DNA of 64,000 nt from Bergeyella sp. (lineage in GTDB: Bacteria; Bacteroidota; Bacteroidia; Flavobacteriales; Weeksellaceae): assembly GCA_030263285.1 (NCBI GenBank), contig SZYB01000001.1, positions 492,911 to 556,910 of the forward strand, given 5' to 3'. The notes beneath the pieces are model-generated. The model made no database searches, was not told the origin of the DNA, and saw only the letters and a program-made list of their open reading frames with translations. Of the stretch, positions 9,968 through 20,574 are shown one piece after another (the stretch's first letter is position 1; each line of letters begins with the position of its first letter). Both the position numbers and the translations under genes were made by a program.

Positions 9968-10572
9968 GAAATTTATCCCTTGGCATTTTTGTGGGTTTTT
10001 TGCTAGGTTCTTTTTTGGGAGTCGGTACTTATAAGTTTTTTTCCAAAAAAGAAGATCGGGTAAAAAATGACTATTACATCCTGTCTAATCAGATCAAGAA
10101 AATGAATAAAATGGTGGTGGTAGAGCATGATTTTTCTTCTATACAGAAAACCAAAATCACCTCCGAGCTTTTGGGAATATCTGTTCTCCCTTCGGTAAAT
10201 AAACAAATCATCACCCACACAAAAACCCAAGCTCAAGTCTCTTACGATCTCAACAAGATGAAAATAGAGATAGATTCCGTACAAAAAAAACTCATCATCC
10301 GAAGTCTTCCCGCGCCCGAGCTCAAGCTCGTTCCCAGCGTAGAGATACAGTCTATGGACGACTATTTTTTTCATCGATTTGACGAAAATGATATCAAGAA
10401 AATAACCGCGGCAGCCAAAGAACAAGCCCTAAAATCTGTGAATCCGAAAAGTCTGCTTGCAGAAGGAAAAAAGCAGCTCTTAAAAAATCTGGAACAGATT
10501 TTTGTATTAAGCAAAGTACTTCATTATACCATAGAAGATCGCACACAAACGCTGGATACTTCCCTACTTTAG
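9964..10572 (+). CDS. membrane-anchored hypothetical protein (DUF4230-like architecture)
   Basis: One N-terminal TM helix (LGIFVGFLLGSFLGVGTY) followed by a roughly 170 aa soluble domain. The ATGA overlap with the upstream gene suggests translational coupling. The family name is from memory of size and architecture only. Confidence 0.45.
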   Translation: MRNLSLGIFVGFLLGSFLGVGTYKFFSKKEDRVKNDYYILSNQIKKMNKMVVVEHDFSSIQKTKITSELLGISVLPSVNKQIITHTKTQAQVSYDLNKMKIEIDSVQKKLIIRSLPAPELKLVPSVEIQSMDDYFFHRFDENDIKKITAAAKEQALKSVNPKSLLAEGKKQLLKNLEQIFVLSKVLHYTIEDRTQTLDTSLL

Positions 10573-10758
10573 TTTTTGCACTCTTCATACTTCTTTTCAA
10601 TGTCGGTTTTTTTTAGTATTTGCGGCTTTTCGTGAATCATTTTACCGCATTTCTACATGCCAACCCTCTCTTGATGGGACAAAAGATAAAGACGTCTGCT
10701 AGATACCCTGCCATCTTTATAAAACAACACAAAATAGCCCTCGCTCTCCCCCCAAAAC

Positions 10759-13700
10759 TCAACGAGAAAACGATCTGTATTTAAGATAGGAAACCACTCC
10801 CAATACTCCCATGCCTGCTAACCCTAGGTATACCCACAACGGAACAGGAATAGCATCTCCTGCAGCATAAGAATGCAGGCCACTGAGGTAATAATTAACC
10901 CCAAAATACGTCATAATGATGCTCCAGATACTTAGCATACCGGCGAAATGGAAACTCCATCGCCCTCTGAGTCCGGGAACCAAACGCATATGCAGTACAA
11001 TAGCATAAACCATCACAGAAATAAAAGCCCAGGTTTCTTTAGGATCCCAGCTCCAATACCTTCCCCAAGATTCATTTGCCCATATTCCTCCCAAAAAAGT
11101 ACCCACCGTAAGAGCAAATAATCCGATGGTAAGCGACATCTCCGAGACTATAGTCAATTCTCTAATGGTGGTAGAATTATGAAAACGAAAAAGAATTTTG
11201 TCTGCCAGACAATAAAAAAGAAGCACAATAATACCGATGACCATAGACAAACCAAAAAAACCATAGCTTGCAGTAATGATAGCCACGTGGATCATAAGCC
11301 AATAAGACTTAAGTACCGGTACCAAAGGAGTGATCTGTGGGTCAAGCGCGGATCCTCCATGAGCAAAACCCATCATAATCATCGCTACCAAAAATCCCGC
11401 ACTGGGAACAAGGGCATTCGAATGTCTATATAAAAGCAGACCTGCTGTAATCCCTATCCAAGAAATGAAAATAATCGCCTCATAACCATTACTCCATGGA
11501 GCATGACCGGAAATGTACCACCTTGCCACCAGTCCCAAAAATTGTAAAAAATACCCCAAAACCCCAAAAATAATAAGCCCTCTAATTACCAAACGAAGTA
11601 ACTTGCCAGACGAAAACAACTCGAAAAATCCCAAGACCAACAAGACACTCCCCAAAACAGAATAGAAAATAAGCAGCTTGAAGTTGAGGTTAAGTTTATT
11701 CATAAACACCTCCAGATCTATTTTTGTCTGTGAAGGAATTACGTGTTTTCCCCATTTTTTTTGGTATTCCATTAGGTGCTCCAGTTCTTTGTCTGCATTA
11801 GACCAATCTCCGGTATTTCTGGCATCTATAATACTTAAAAAATAGGGTGCCATTACTTTTTGTGCTTCTGGGTCCGGAGAAAAATTCTCATCCAGCCAAG
11901 AATTCCATCTATGATTGGGGTCATTTTTGACAGGTATCATCCTTAGATATTGACCTGAAAAAAATGCATTAAATACTTGCACTTTATCATTCAGGTCTAT
12001 CACTGCCTTATCGTAATGGGTTTGTTCTGATGCTTTTTTTGCCAAGGCCTCACTGTAGTCTTTCTCAAGAACATAATACAGACTCTTATTTCTGTCTATG
12101 GGAAACAAATTCATAAGAGAAGTATACCCCTCCCCATCTGCTTTTACTTTTCTTCTTAACTCGTCCCCTCCCTTGCTATTTACTTTTATGAGAGGTACCA
12201 TAGTCCAGCTCTCCGTATCTATACTCATTGAGAGAAACCACGCATTGGCATCCAGAGAACTCCCATCATCTGCCACGAAACGATCTTTCTTGTACAACTT
12301 TCTTAGGACATCCAATGCCTGAGTACTCATGGGCACGGTTCTGCCCTCATAATTTTGCACCAACAGGTACCCAAACTTTTCTGCATGCTCTCCGGAAATT
12401 CTGCTTTTACGAATGATCTCTTCGGAAGAAATTTTTCTCACCACACCTAGAGGACGAGCTAAAGAATTTTGTTTGGATCCCGCACCGGATTCTGTTCTTA
12501 AAGACCCTATTTTTTCTGAACCATCCTTTCCATGCATGTCTATTTCCTGCGCTCTGGTAAAAGAACCTAAACTCATTAAAATGATGAGCAAAGAGACTAT
12601 TTTGTTTTTATTCTTATTCATCTCGCTAAGCCTGGTATTGAGTTTCCAAAAGTGAGTCCCCCTCCAAAAAAACAAAATAAACATTCCCAAAAATAAGAGC
12701 ATATAACCAACATAACTAACCAGTGTTCCCCACCAGTCATGATTTACCGATAAAACCGTCCCCCCTCTGTCTTGGTCATAACTGGCCTGAAAAAAACGAT
12801 ACCCCTTATAATCTAACACATGATTCATATAAATCTTATAAGGGGTTTGGGAGCCGTTGTCTATTACCTTTACATGACTCTCATAGGCACTGGGAGAATT
12901 ACTCCCCGGATTGGTCTCCATAACAAATTTTTCCAACTTTAGATAGAAAGGAGTATTGTACACTTTGGGGCCCATGCCCAGCATGATATTCTTACCATCC
13001 ATAAAAATTTGTTTGAAAGAATTAGGGTTGTTTTTTTCCACCAAAAGGTCTACTCTCTGTTTCGAATTTTCTGTTTTAACTTCTACTGTAAGGACATCCG
13101 GCAAGTTTTTCTCTTTATTTTTATCCCCCTCATAATGCAAAAGACTTCCTCTTATCAACGGTTCCGGAACAACCAGCCTTAATCCTCCCATCGTATAAAG
13201 ACTTCTAAGCCTGAGCATGAAAAACTTATCTTTCTTCACCTGACCCGACTCCCGTGTCGCCATAGTAAGGTATTGTGCATCCAAAGGAAATTTTATACAC
13301 AACTCGTCTCCTGTTTTCTTAAACTCTATTGCGCCCTCTATGGATCTGTTAAAGGTGATCAGCATTCCTCCAATATTTTTTATTTCTCCGGATTTGATAT
13401 AAAAATTCTCTCTACCTGTCTCTCCGGCTATTACGAAATGTATGTACTCGGCTCCATTAGAATCCGCAACAAGACTGTCTTTTTTTCTCTGTACATAATT
13501 TACCTGCTTTACCTTTATCTTCTCTCCGTTGAAGTTATAGCTCGCGCTAAAAATGTGAGGGGTAATTTTTGCAATAAGGGGTTTTTGAGAAGCGAGCACA
13601 TAAGGAATATCCCTATAGTTGAGTTTTTCTCCTTTTTCTTCTATCTGAATTTTAAAGAAGGTTTTATCCGTCACTATTTCATTTGACATTTCCCCTTCAC

Positions 13701-14019
13701 GAATATGCATCACGCCCTCAAAACTTATATATCTCGTGATGGCTCCGCCCAAAAAAATGAATACGAATGATAAATGAAAAACAAGCAAAGGCCATTTTTC
13801 CCTCTTCCACAGACGATATCTTTTTATGTTCCCGATAAAGTTTAGGATAAGCAAAACCATAATCCCCTCAAACCACTTGGCCTCATAAATAAGTGCTTTT
13901 GCTGTGGAAGTCCCGTAATCATTTTCTACGAAGGTAGCATACGCCATAGCCATGGCAAAAACAAAAAGCAAAACCACCGTCGTGCGGGTAGATATGACAA
14001 TTTTTATAATTTTATTCAC
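10759..14019 (-). CDS. ccsBA: fused cytochrome c biogenesis protein CcsB(ResB)-CcsA (system II heme lyase)
   Basis: 1086 aa. The N-terminal part has TM helices plus a large periplasmic domain (ResB-like). The C-terminal polytopic domain carries the WWD heme-handling motif WGRYWSWDPKETWA. GTG start. Confidence 0.85.
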   Translation of the reverse strand: MNKIIKIVISTRTTVVLLFVFAMAMAYATFVENDYGTSTAKALIYEAKWFEGIMVLLILNFIGNIKRYRLWKREKWPLLVFHLSFVFIFLGGAITRYISFEGVMHIREGEMSNEIVTDKTFFKIQIEEKGEKLNYRDIPYVLASQKPLIAKITPHIFSASYNFNGEKIKVKQVNYVQRKKDSLVADSNGAEYIHFVIAGETGRENFYIKSGEIKNIGGMLITFNRSIEGAIEFKKTGDELCIKFPLDAQYLTMATRESGQVKKDKFFMLRLRSLYTMGGLRLVVPEPLIRGSLLHYEGDKNKEKNLPDVLTVEVKTENSKQRVDLLVEKNNPNSFKQIFMDGKNIMLGMGPKVYNTPFYLKLEKFVMETNPGSNSPSAYESHVKVIDNGSQTPYKIYMNHVLDYKGYRFFQASYDQDRGGTVLSVNHDWWGTLVSYVGYMLLFLGMFILFFWRGTHFWKLNTRLSEMNKNKNKIVSLLIILMSLGSFTRAQEIDMHGKDGSEKIGSLRTESGAGSKQNSLARPLGVVRKISSEEIIRKSRISGEHAEKFGYLLVQNYEGRTVPMSTQALDVLRKLYKKDRFVADDGSSLDANAWFLSMSIDTESWTMVPLIKVNSKGGDELRRKVKADGEGYTSLMNLFPIDRNKSLYYVLEKDYSEALAKKASEQTHYDKAVIDLNDKVQVFNAFFSGQYLRMIPVKNDPNHRWNSWLDENFSPDPEAQKVMAPYFLSIIDARNTGDWSNADKELEHLMEYQKKWGKHVIPSQTKIDLEVFMNKLNLNFKLLIFYSVLGSVLLVLGFFELFSSGKLLRLVIRGLIIFGVLGYFLQFLGLVARWYISGHAPWSNGYEAIIFISWIGITAGLLLYRHSNALVPSAGFLVAMIMMGFAHGGSALDPQITPLVPVLKSYWLMIHVAIITASYGFFGLSMVIGIIVLLFYCLADKILFRFHNSTTIRELTIVSEMSLTIGLFALTVGTFLGGIWANESWGRYWSWDPKETWAFISVMVYAIVLHMRLVPGLRGRWSFHFAGMLSIWSIIMTYFGVNYYLSGLHSYAAGDAIPVPLWVYLGLAGMGVLGVVSYLKYRSFSR

Positions 14020-14226
14020 TAGCTAAATTTAATGAATATAAGCAGAAACTTACCGATCAGCAAAAGTAAGAAGTTTATTCTTAATAAAACGCCTTGTACA
14101 TTCTTAATCCAATCCTTGACAGTCTCCATTTAACTAAAATTTATGAGAGAAAAGAAGATTATTTTGCTTGGATATGCTGCATTGATAAGGGATATAAAAT
14201 TTTAGTAAATTCGCAATCATAAAATT

Positions 14227-16686
14227 ATGAGCCAAACAATAACATCACTGACTCCGCCCTCCCAGAAAAAACAAAAACCGCTTTCCAAAACAAGAATATT
14301 TTTCGGATTGGTGTCTGTTGTTTTTTCCATCGCCATGGTTTTGGCTTTCTCTTCCTATATGATGCACTGGAGAGTAGAGCAAAGCCAAGCAGACGATATG
14401 CTGGAGATTACTGAGAGATCTTCTAATCTTTTGGGTAAAGTGGGGACATGGCTAGGGAATACTTTTATTTTCAATACCGTGGGTATTGCGGCTTTCGTTG
14501 TTGCATTTTTGGTATTTGTACTGGGAGTCCTTATTCTCAAGAAACCATTTTTCAAACCGTGGAAAACCATTTCTCATTCTCTGTTTTTTATTTACTGGCT
14601 CCCTATTTTTATGGGAGCAATTACGGGAGGAACAGGTGTACTGAGCGGAGTTTACGGATTCCAAATCACCGATTTTCTTATCTCTGTAATAGGAAAATTT
14701 GGATTATGGATGATATTGCTTACCAGCATACTTTTCTATTTTATATTCGAGTTCAATCTGAGGCTCAGCACGGTCATAAGCAAATACAATACGCTCAAAG
14801 GCCGTATACTTAATAATAAAGCGACCCGCCGGACAACAGACCCGGAAATTGAGGTTTCTACCGTTTCTCCTATTGTAGGAGAAACGGTAGAAACAATCCC
14901 CCCCCCTACTATCACAGAGAATAAAACACAAGAGACATCACCTTCTTCTGTCATGTCCAAAGAGGTAAATACTACCTCATGCCACATTACCGAGCCACAA
15001 AAAAATACCCAAAAATCATTTTCTGAAGCTTCCGATGATTCTTTTAATTTTAAGGTGAAAGTTGCCAAAGTAAAAGATGACCTTACAGAATACGACCAAA
15101 AATCCGCAAAACTTGTAGAAAGACACGGGCATTATGATCATACGCTGGAACTTGCCCACTTTAAGATGCCTCCCCTCTCTCTTTTACGGGATTATGGAAA
15201 CGAAGAAATAGCAGTAAATAAAGAAGAGCTGGAGGAAAACAAAAACAAAATTGTAGGGCTTTTAAAAAACTTTAATGTCGCGATTTCAGAGATAAGGGCC
15301 ACCATAGGCCCCACCGTGACACTTTACGAAATAGTTCCGGAGGCGGGGATACGGGTGTCCGCCGTAAAAAAATTACAGGATGACATTGCCCTTAATCTTT
15401 CTGCACTGGGGATAAGGATCATAGCCCCCATGCCGGGAAAAGGAACCATAGGGATAGAAGTCCCCCGCAAAAGCCCGGCTACGGTTTCCATGAAAAGTGT
15501 ACTTGCTTCTCCTAAATTTCAGAAGTCCGATATGGATCTCCCTTTGGTATTCGGAAAAACCATTTCCAACGAAATTTTTATGGCAGATCTGGCAAAAATG
15601 CCTCACCTGCTTATGGCCGGAGCTACGGGACAAGGAAAATCTGTGGGAATCAACGCCATGCTTACCTCACTCCTCTACAAAAAGCATCCAAGCGAGCTAA
15701 AATTTGTAATGGTAGATCCCAAAAAAGTGGAACTTACCCTTTACTCCAAAATAGAAAAACATTACCTCGCAAAACTTCCCGACGCAGAAAACGCCATAAT
15801 TACAGATACTACCAAAGTAATCGATACGCTCGACTCCCTATGTACAGAGATGGATGAAAGGTATGAACTCCTAAAAACTGCATTTTGTAGAACGATAAAA
15901 GAATATAATCAAAAATTTAGGGCAAGAAAACTCAATCCGGAAAATGGCCATAAGTACCTTCCCTACATTGTGCTGGTAGTGGATGAATTTGCAGACCTTA
16001 TCATGACGGCAGGAAAAAAAATAGAACAGCCTATCGCGCGTCTCGCTCAGCTTGCGAGAGCAGTAGGAATACATCTCATAGTTGCCACTCAAAGGCCTTC
16101 TGTAAATGTAATTACGGGAACAATAAAAGCCAACTTTCCTGCAAGGGCTGCCTTTAGAGTCATTTCTGGTGTGGATTCCAGAACCATTCTCGATTCGCCC
16201 GGTGCAGATCAACTCATAGGCAATGGAGACATGCTCTATTTTAATGGAAACGAAATTTTAAGGCTGCAGTGTGCTTTTATAGATACCCCGGAAGTAGAGA
16301 AAATTGTAGACTATATTGGCAAACAACAAGGTTACCCATCAGCGTTTCTACTCCCGGAATCCAAGGGAGAAGGATCCGGCAGTGCAGGAAAATGTGATCC
16401 TGATGAGAAAAAAGAATCTGGCAGTGCAGGCTTCGATCCGTATGAGAAAGACGCTCGCTTTGAGGAAGCCGCAAAGATAGTCGTCTCTACCCAGCAAGGT
16501 TCCGCTTCCATGCTCCAAAGTCGGATGAAACTGGGCTACAACAGAGCCAGAAGAATTATGGATCAACTGGAAGACTCCCGCATTGTAGGAAGTTCTAACG
16601 GAGCCAAAGCCAGAGAGGTACTCGTTACAGACCTGATGGAGTTAGAACAGTGCTTGGAAAATTTGAAAAATAACCCTAAAAAATAA
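14227..16686 (+). CDS. ftsK: DNA translocase FtsK
   Basis: N-terminal TM helices, a low-complexity linker, Walker A GATGQGKS and Walker B VVDEFADL. The C-terminal gamma winged-helix domain is present (SMLQSRMKLGYNRARRIMDQLE). Confidence 0.93.
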   Translation: MSQTITSLTPPSQKKQKPLSKTRIFFGLVSVVFSIAMVLAFSSYMMHWRVEQSQADDMLEITERSSNLLGKVGTWLGNTFIFNTVGIAAFVVAFLVFVLGVLILKKPFFKPWKTISHSLFFIYWLPIFMGAITGGTGVLSGVYGFQITDFLISVIGKFGLWMILLTSILFYFIFEFNLRLSTVISKYNTLKGRILNNKATRRTTDPEIEVSTVSPIVGETVETIPPPTITENKTQETSPSSVMSKEVNTTSCHITEPQKNTQKSFSEASDDSFNFKVKVAKVKDDLTEYDQKSAKLVERHGHYDHTLELAHFKMPPLSLLRDYGNEEIAVNKEELEENKNKIVGLLKNFNVAISEIRATIGPTVTLYEIVPEAGIRVSAVKKLQDDIALNLSALGIRIIAPMPGKGTIGIEVPRKSPATVSMKSVLASPKFQKSDMDLPLVFGKTISNEIFMADLAKMPHLLMAGATGQGKSVGINAMLTSLLYKKHPSELKFVMVDPKKVELTLYSKIEKHYLAKLPDAENAIITDTTKVIDTLDSLCTEMDERYELLKTAFCRTIKEYNQKFRARKLNPENGHKYLPYIVLVVDEFADLIMTAGKKIEQPIARLAQLARAVGIHLIVATQRPSVNVITGTIKANFPARAAFRVISGVDSRTILDSPGADQLIGNGDMLYFNGNEILRLQCAFIDTPEVEKIVDYIGKQQGYPSAFLLPESKGEGSGSAGKCDPDEKKESGSAGFDPYEKDARFEEAAKIVVSTQQGSASMLQSRMKLGYNRARRIMDQLEDSRIVGSSNGAKAREVLVTDLMELEQCLENLKNNPKK

Positions 16687-16698
16687 ACCGCTTAAAAA

Positions 16699-17331
16699 AT
16701 GTACTTTAGAATAATATTATATACCATATGTCTGGGGCTTTCCTCTTTTTTGTATGCTCAAAAAATGGATATTCCTTCCCAAAAAATACTATCAATCCTG
16801 GAAAAAAATTACTTGTCCGGAAGCCCTGCTCTTTTTAAATTTTCGTTCTATGCTGCAAAAAAAGATGATAATAAAAAAGAATTGGGTACACTCTACACTT
16901 CCGGCAATAAATACAGACTCAAAATAAAAGATATGGAACAAATTTTTGACGGCAAAAAAATATATAATATCAGCTCCGAAGATAAAGAGATAACCATTGC
17001 AAAATCGGATGAAAACGAAATGGTGGTTTCTCCTCTTTCCTACCTGGATCTCTATAAAAAAAACTATACCGCCCGATACATCGGAAAAAAGAAACTCAAT
17101 GGAAAAATATTAGATCATATTCTTCTTCGTCCCATACAACCCAACGAAACCAAAGAAATATCTCTGTACATTGCAGACAAAAAGCTTTTGGAAAGAATAG
17201 AAGAAATTTCAAAAGACGGCAGCATACGCACAACAGAAATCATAAATTACCAACCCAAAGTCAAGTTTCCTCCTAACTTCTTTAGTTTTCAGAAGAATAA
17301 TTACAAAGGTTATCTCATCACCGAACTTTGA
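16699..17331 (+). CDS. lolA: LolA-like outer-membrane lipoprotein carrier protein
   Basis: Signal peptide, 210 aa, and it sits immediately downstream of ftsK. ftsK-lolA synteny is widespread. Confidence 0.6.
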   Translation: MYFRIILYTICLGLSSFLYAQKMDIPSQKILSILEKNYLSGSPALFKFSFYAAKKDDNKKELGTLYTSGNKYRLKIKDMEQIFDGKKIYNISSEDKEITIAKSDENEMVVSPLSYLDLYKKNYTARYIGKKKLNGKILDHILLRPIQPNETKEISLYIADKKLLERIEEISKDGSIRTTEIINYQPKVKFPPNFFSFQKNNYKGYLITEL

Positions 17332-17390
17332 GAAAACCATAACCACTTAATTTTTTTGCAATTTAAGAATTGTCCTGTTGCTTAACGCTT

Positions 17391-18842
17391 ATGAAAATAC
17401 TCGATCGTTATATAATAAGAATATTCTTCGGGCCTTTCTTTTTTATATTCAGCGTATTGTTCTTTATCTTCATGGTAAATGTCATTTGGACGCAGATGTA
17501 TTTGTTTTTGGGCAAGGGACTTTCTTCTTATGAGATAGGAAAACTGTTTTTTTACCTCAGCGCGAGTGTATTTTCTATGGTTTTACCCCTCACCATACTC
17601 CTTTCTTCCATCATGACATTTGGTTCCTTAGGAGAAAAATATGAACTCGCCGCCATGAAGTCGGCAGGTATCTCTCTTACAAGAATCATGCTGCCTCTCT
17701 TTTTTACTGTAGGATGCTTGGCGTTCATTTTATTTTTGTTTCAAAACAATATCACCCCTACATTTCAGAAAAAAGCAAGAAATATGCTTTATAATGCGGC
17801 ACTTTCTAAACCCGCACTTAATTTTACCGCTGGGCATTTTGTCTATCAAATCCCCGAATATGCCGTGAAGTTTAATGCCATTTCTGGAAAAAATAGTGAA
17901 AACATCGACGGGGTTTTTATCCGTAAATCTACCCATGTCTTTGATGATCAGAGATCAATCATCGCAAAAAAGGGAAAATTTGTAGAAGCAGAAAACAAAA
18001 ATTTTCTGAAGCTCATCCTTTTGGACGGCTATATCTATGAGGATCTCCTTTACCTAAAAAATAGAGAGGACAGGCTAAAACAGCCGAATCAGATAATAAA
18101 ATTTGATACGATGGTTTCTTATTTTGATATCAGCTCCATTATAACGAAAGCCATGGATGAAGAAAGGATAGTGGACGATTATCATTTCAAAACCTACAGA
18201 AACATCTCGGCAGATATCCAAAAAAGTAAGAAAGAAAACCGGGAACTCTTTAAGAACATGAGTGCATCACTGGCCAGTATTACCAACAGCTACCTGGAGT
18301 TTATCGATCAAAAAAAAATAAAAAAAAACATTGCGGCTCAGTATATACTTGACACCCTGAGAAAAGAAAAAAAGCGGGATATTCTATACTCCGCCTATAG
18401 AAAAATAGAGGTGCTGAAGGCTGACCTAAAAAGCAAAAAAGAGCAAATTTCCGATGTCATCAAAGTATACAATATGATGATCATCTACCAACAAAGAATT
18501 TTTTCCTATTCAGTCACCTGTATTATATTTTTTCTCATAGGGGCCAGCCTGGGTTCTATTATAAGAAAGGGAGGAATGGGTATCCCTGTTGTGATTTCTA
18601 TATTTATTTTCATCCTGTTCTTTGTAGCCAATATTACGGTAGAAAATTTTTCATGGAAAGGAATACTGGATCCCTATTGGGCTGCATGGATACCCAATAT
18701 TATCTTTTTCCCATTTGGAGTCTGGTTTACGTATCTGGCACTTACGGATTCTCAAATTTTTGATATAGAACGATATAAAACCCTCATAAAACCCATTACA
18801 AAAAGGCTATTCAGTCCAAAAGAACATTCCCGTTATCGGTAA
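17391..18842 (+). CDS. LptF/LptG (YjgP/YjgQ) family LPS export permease
   Basis: MKILDRYI N-terminus typical of the family; TM helices flank a central periplasmic domain. The ORF-track TTG start at 17370 was replaced by the first ATG at 17391. Confidence 0.75.
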   Translation: MKILDRYIIRIFFGPFFFIFSVLFFIFMVNVIWTQMYLFLGKGLSSYEIGKLFFYLSASVFSMVLPLTILLSSIMTFGSLGEKYELAAMKSAGISLTRIMLPLFFTVGCLAFILFLFQNNITPTFQKKARNMLYNAALSKPALNFTAGHFVYQIPEYAVKFNAISGKNSENIDGVFIRKSTHVFDDQRSIIAKKGKFVEAENKNFLKLILLDGYIYEDLLYLKNREDRLKQPNQIIKFDTMVSYFDISSIITKAMDEERIVDDYHFKTYRNISADIQKSKKENRELFKNMSASLASITNSYLEFIDQKKIKKNIAAQYILDTLRKEKKRDILYSAYRKIEVLKADLKSKKEQISDVIKVYNMMIIYQQRIFSYSVTCIIFFLIGASLGSIIRKGGMGIPVVISIFIFILFFVANITVENFSWKGILDPYWAAWIPNIIFFPFGVWFTYLALTDSQIFDIERYKTLIKPITKRLFSPKEHSRYR

Positions 18843-18866
18843 AAGGAGGAGTTTTTCGGGTACGGT

Positions 18867-19421
18867 TTAGATAGTGAAAATTTCCGTCTCTTTTATTTTT
18901 AGAATCTCCTCTGTTTTTTTCACAAAGTTGTCCGTAAGGTTCTGTATCTCTGCCTCCACATCTTTTATTGTATCTTCAGAGACCCCATCAAGCTTTTTTA
19001 GATTCTTCATCCCTTCCTGACGCGCATTACGAATCGTTACTTTTGTCTGTTCGGCTTCTGCTTTGGCCTGCTTAGCCAGATCTTTCCTTCTTTCTTCCGT
19101 AAGAGGGGGTACATTGAGGATGATAATTTCGCCGTTATTTGAGGGAGCAAGGCCAAGATTTGAATTGATGATAGATTTTTCTATGGCTCCCAAAGCGGTC
19201 CTATCCCAAGGTTGAATAGAGAGGGTCATAGCATCAGGAACCGATACGTTGGCTACCTGATTGAGTGGAGTCATAGCTCCATAATAATCCACCATTATAT
19301 CCTGCAGCATATGGGTAGATGCTCTTCCTGCACGTATTCTCTGAAATACATGATCCAGATGATTAAGCCCCTGTTGCATCTCCTGTTTCACACTTTCTAT
19401 AATAAGATTTAGTTCCTCCAT
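18867..19421 (-). CDS. frr: ribosome recycling factor
   Basis: 184 aa with RIRAGRAS, NVPPLTEERRKDL and VTIRNARQE motifs; downstream of pyrH. Confidence 0.94.
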   Translation of the reverse strand: MEELNLIIESVKQEMQQGLNHLDHVFQRIRAGRASTHMLQDIMVDYYGAMTPLNQVANVSVPDAMTLSIQPWDRTALGAIEKSIINSNLGLAPSNNGEIIILNVPPLTEERRKDLAKQAKAEAEQTKVTIRNARQEGMKNLKKLDGVSEDTIKDVEAEIQNLTDNFVKKTEEILKIKETEIFTI

Positions 19422-19483
19422 TCCTTATTTAAAATTTGACAATTAACAGCGTCTTCTCATCTGTGGCTTTTTACTAACAATTT

Positions 19484-20200
19484 TTAGTTACAATCTAAAT
19501 TAACGAGGGTTCCCACACTTTCCCCCTGTATAATCTTTAGCAGATTTCCTTTATGATTCATATCAAAAACGAGTATGGGAAGTTTATTTTCATGACTTAA
19601 AGTAAAGGCGGTCATATCCATTACCCTTAGGTCTTTTTTGTACACCTCTTCAAAGGTAAGGGAATTAAATTTTTTTGCGTTTTCGTTTTTCTCCGGATCA
19701 CTATCATAGATACCGTCCACCCTAGTTCCCTTCAGAATTACATCGGCTCCTATTTCTATTGCTCTGAGAGTAGCTGCCGTATCTGTGGTAAAATAAGGAT
19801 TCCCCGTCCCTGCACCAAAAATAACGACCCTGCCCTTTTCTAGATGCCTTACCGCTCGTCTCTTTATAAAAGGTTCTGCTACCTTATCCATCTCTATTGC
19901 AGACTGAAGTCTGGTTTTGATACCCGTATCTTCCAGGGCTCCCTGCAATGCCATACCGTTGATCACCGTAGCCAACATCCCCATATAATCTCCCTGCACC
20001 CTGTCCATTCCTTTGGCAGCACCAGCCAGTCCGCGAAATATATTTCCTCCTCCTATTACTATAGCCACCTCACACCCTACATCCACTACAGCCTTTATCT
20101 CAATTGCATACTCCCTCAGTCGGGCATTATCTATACCATAATGTCTGCTGCCCATAAGTGCCTCTCCACTGAGTTTGAGAAGAATCCTCCTATATTTCAT
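19484..20200 (-). CDS. pyrH: UMP kinase
   Basis: [20 protein letters not shown] and [13 protein letters not shown] motifs. Confidence 0.94.
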   Translation of the reverse strand: MKYRRILLKLSGEALMGSRHYGIDNARLREYAIEIKAVVDVGCEVAIVIGGGNIFRGLAGAAKGMDRVQGDYMGMLATVINGMALQGALEDTGIKTRLQSAIEMDKVAEPFIKRRAVRHLEKGRVVIFGAGTGNPYFTTDTAATLRAIEIGADVILKGTRVDGIYDSDPEKNENAKKFNSLTFEEVYKKDLRVMDMTAFTLSHENKLPILVFDMNHKGNLLKIIQGESVGTLVNLDCN

Positions 20201-20217
20201 TTCCTGACTTTTGGTTG

Positions 20218-20225
20218 CAAATATA
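20218..20225 (-). promoter_or_regulatory. -7 box TATATTTG for pyrH-frr
   Basis: The reverse complement of caaatata is an exact TAnnTTTG match, 18 nt upstream of the pyrH ATG. Confidence 0.45.
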
Positions 20226-20574
20226 GCGAAATACAGACAAAATACCTATCAGGCAAAATCACTACCCCCCCACTCACAATCGTAGCAAATAAATAACATT
20301 CGAAATTACCCAACCCTATAGATAAAAACTCAAAAAACGAACTCTATCCCCTCTATATAACTTTTTTCCATTCGATATATTATTTACGTTATAATTACTT
20401 AATATTTAATTATATTATATAACTTTACCAAAGCCAAGAAAGTTTCAGCAGACCCTTGTGTGCAGGATTTGGTGGTAAAGTTTCGTATTTTAGCAAAGGT
20501 TTAACACTTGTGGTGGTATCATCGGGCTACAAACATGAACAATACAGAACCCAATCCTAACCTCTCAGAATCTT

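Noticed and set aside
16370-16450. Imperfect tandem repeat in ftsK (GSGSAGKCDPDEKKE / SGSAGFDPYEKD).
   Set aside because: It lies in the variable region just before the gamma domain. It is a short in-frame duplication of low-complexity linker and not an independent repeat element.
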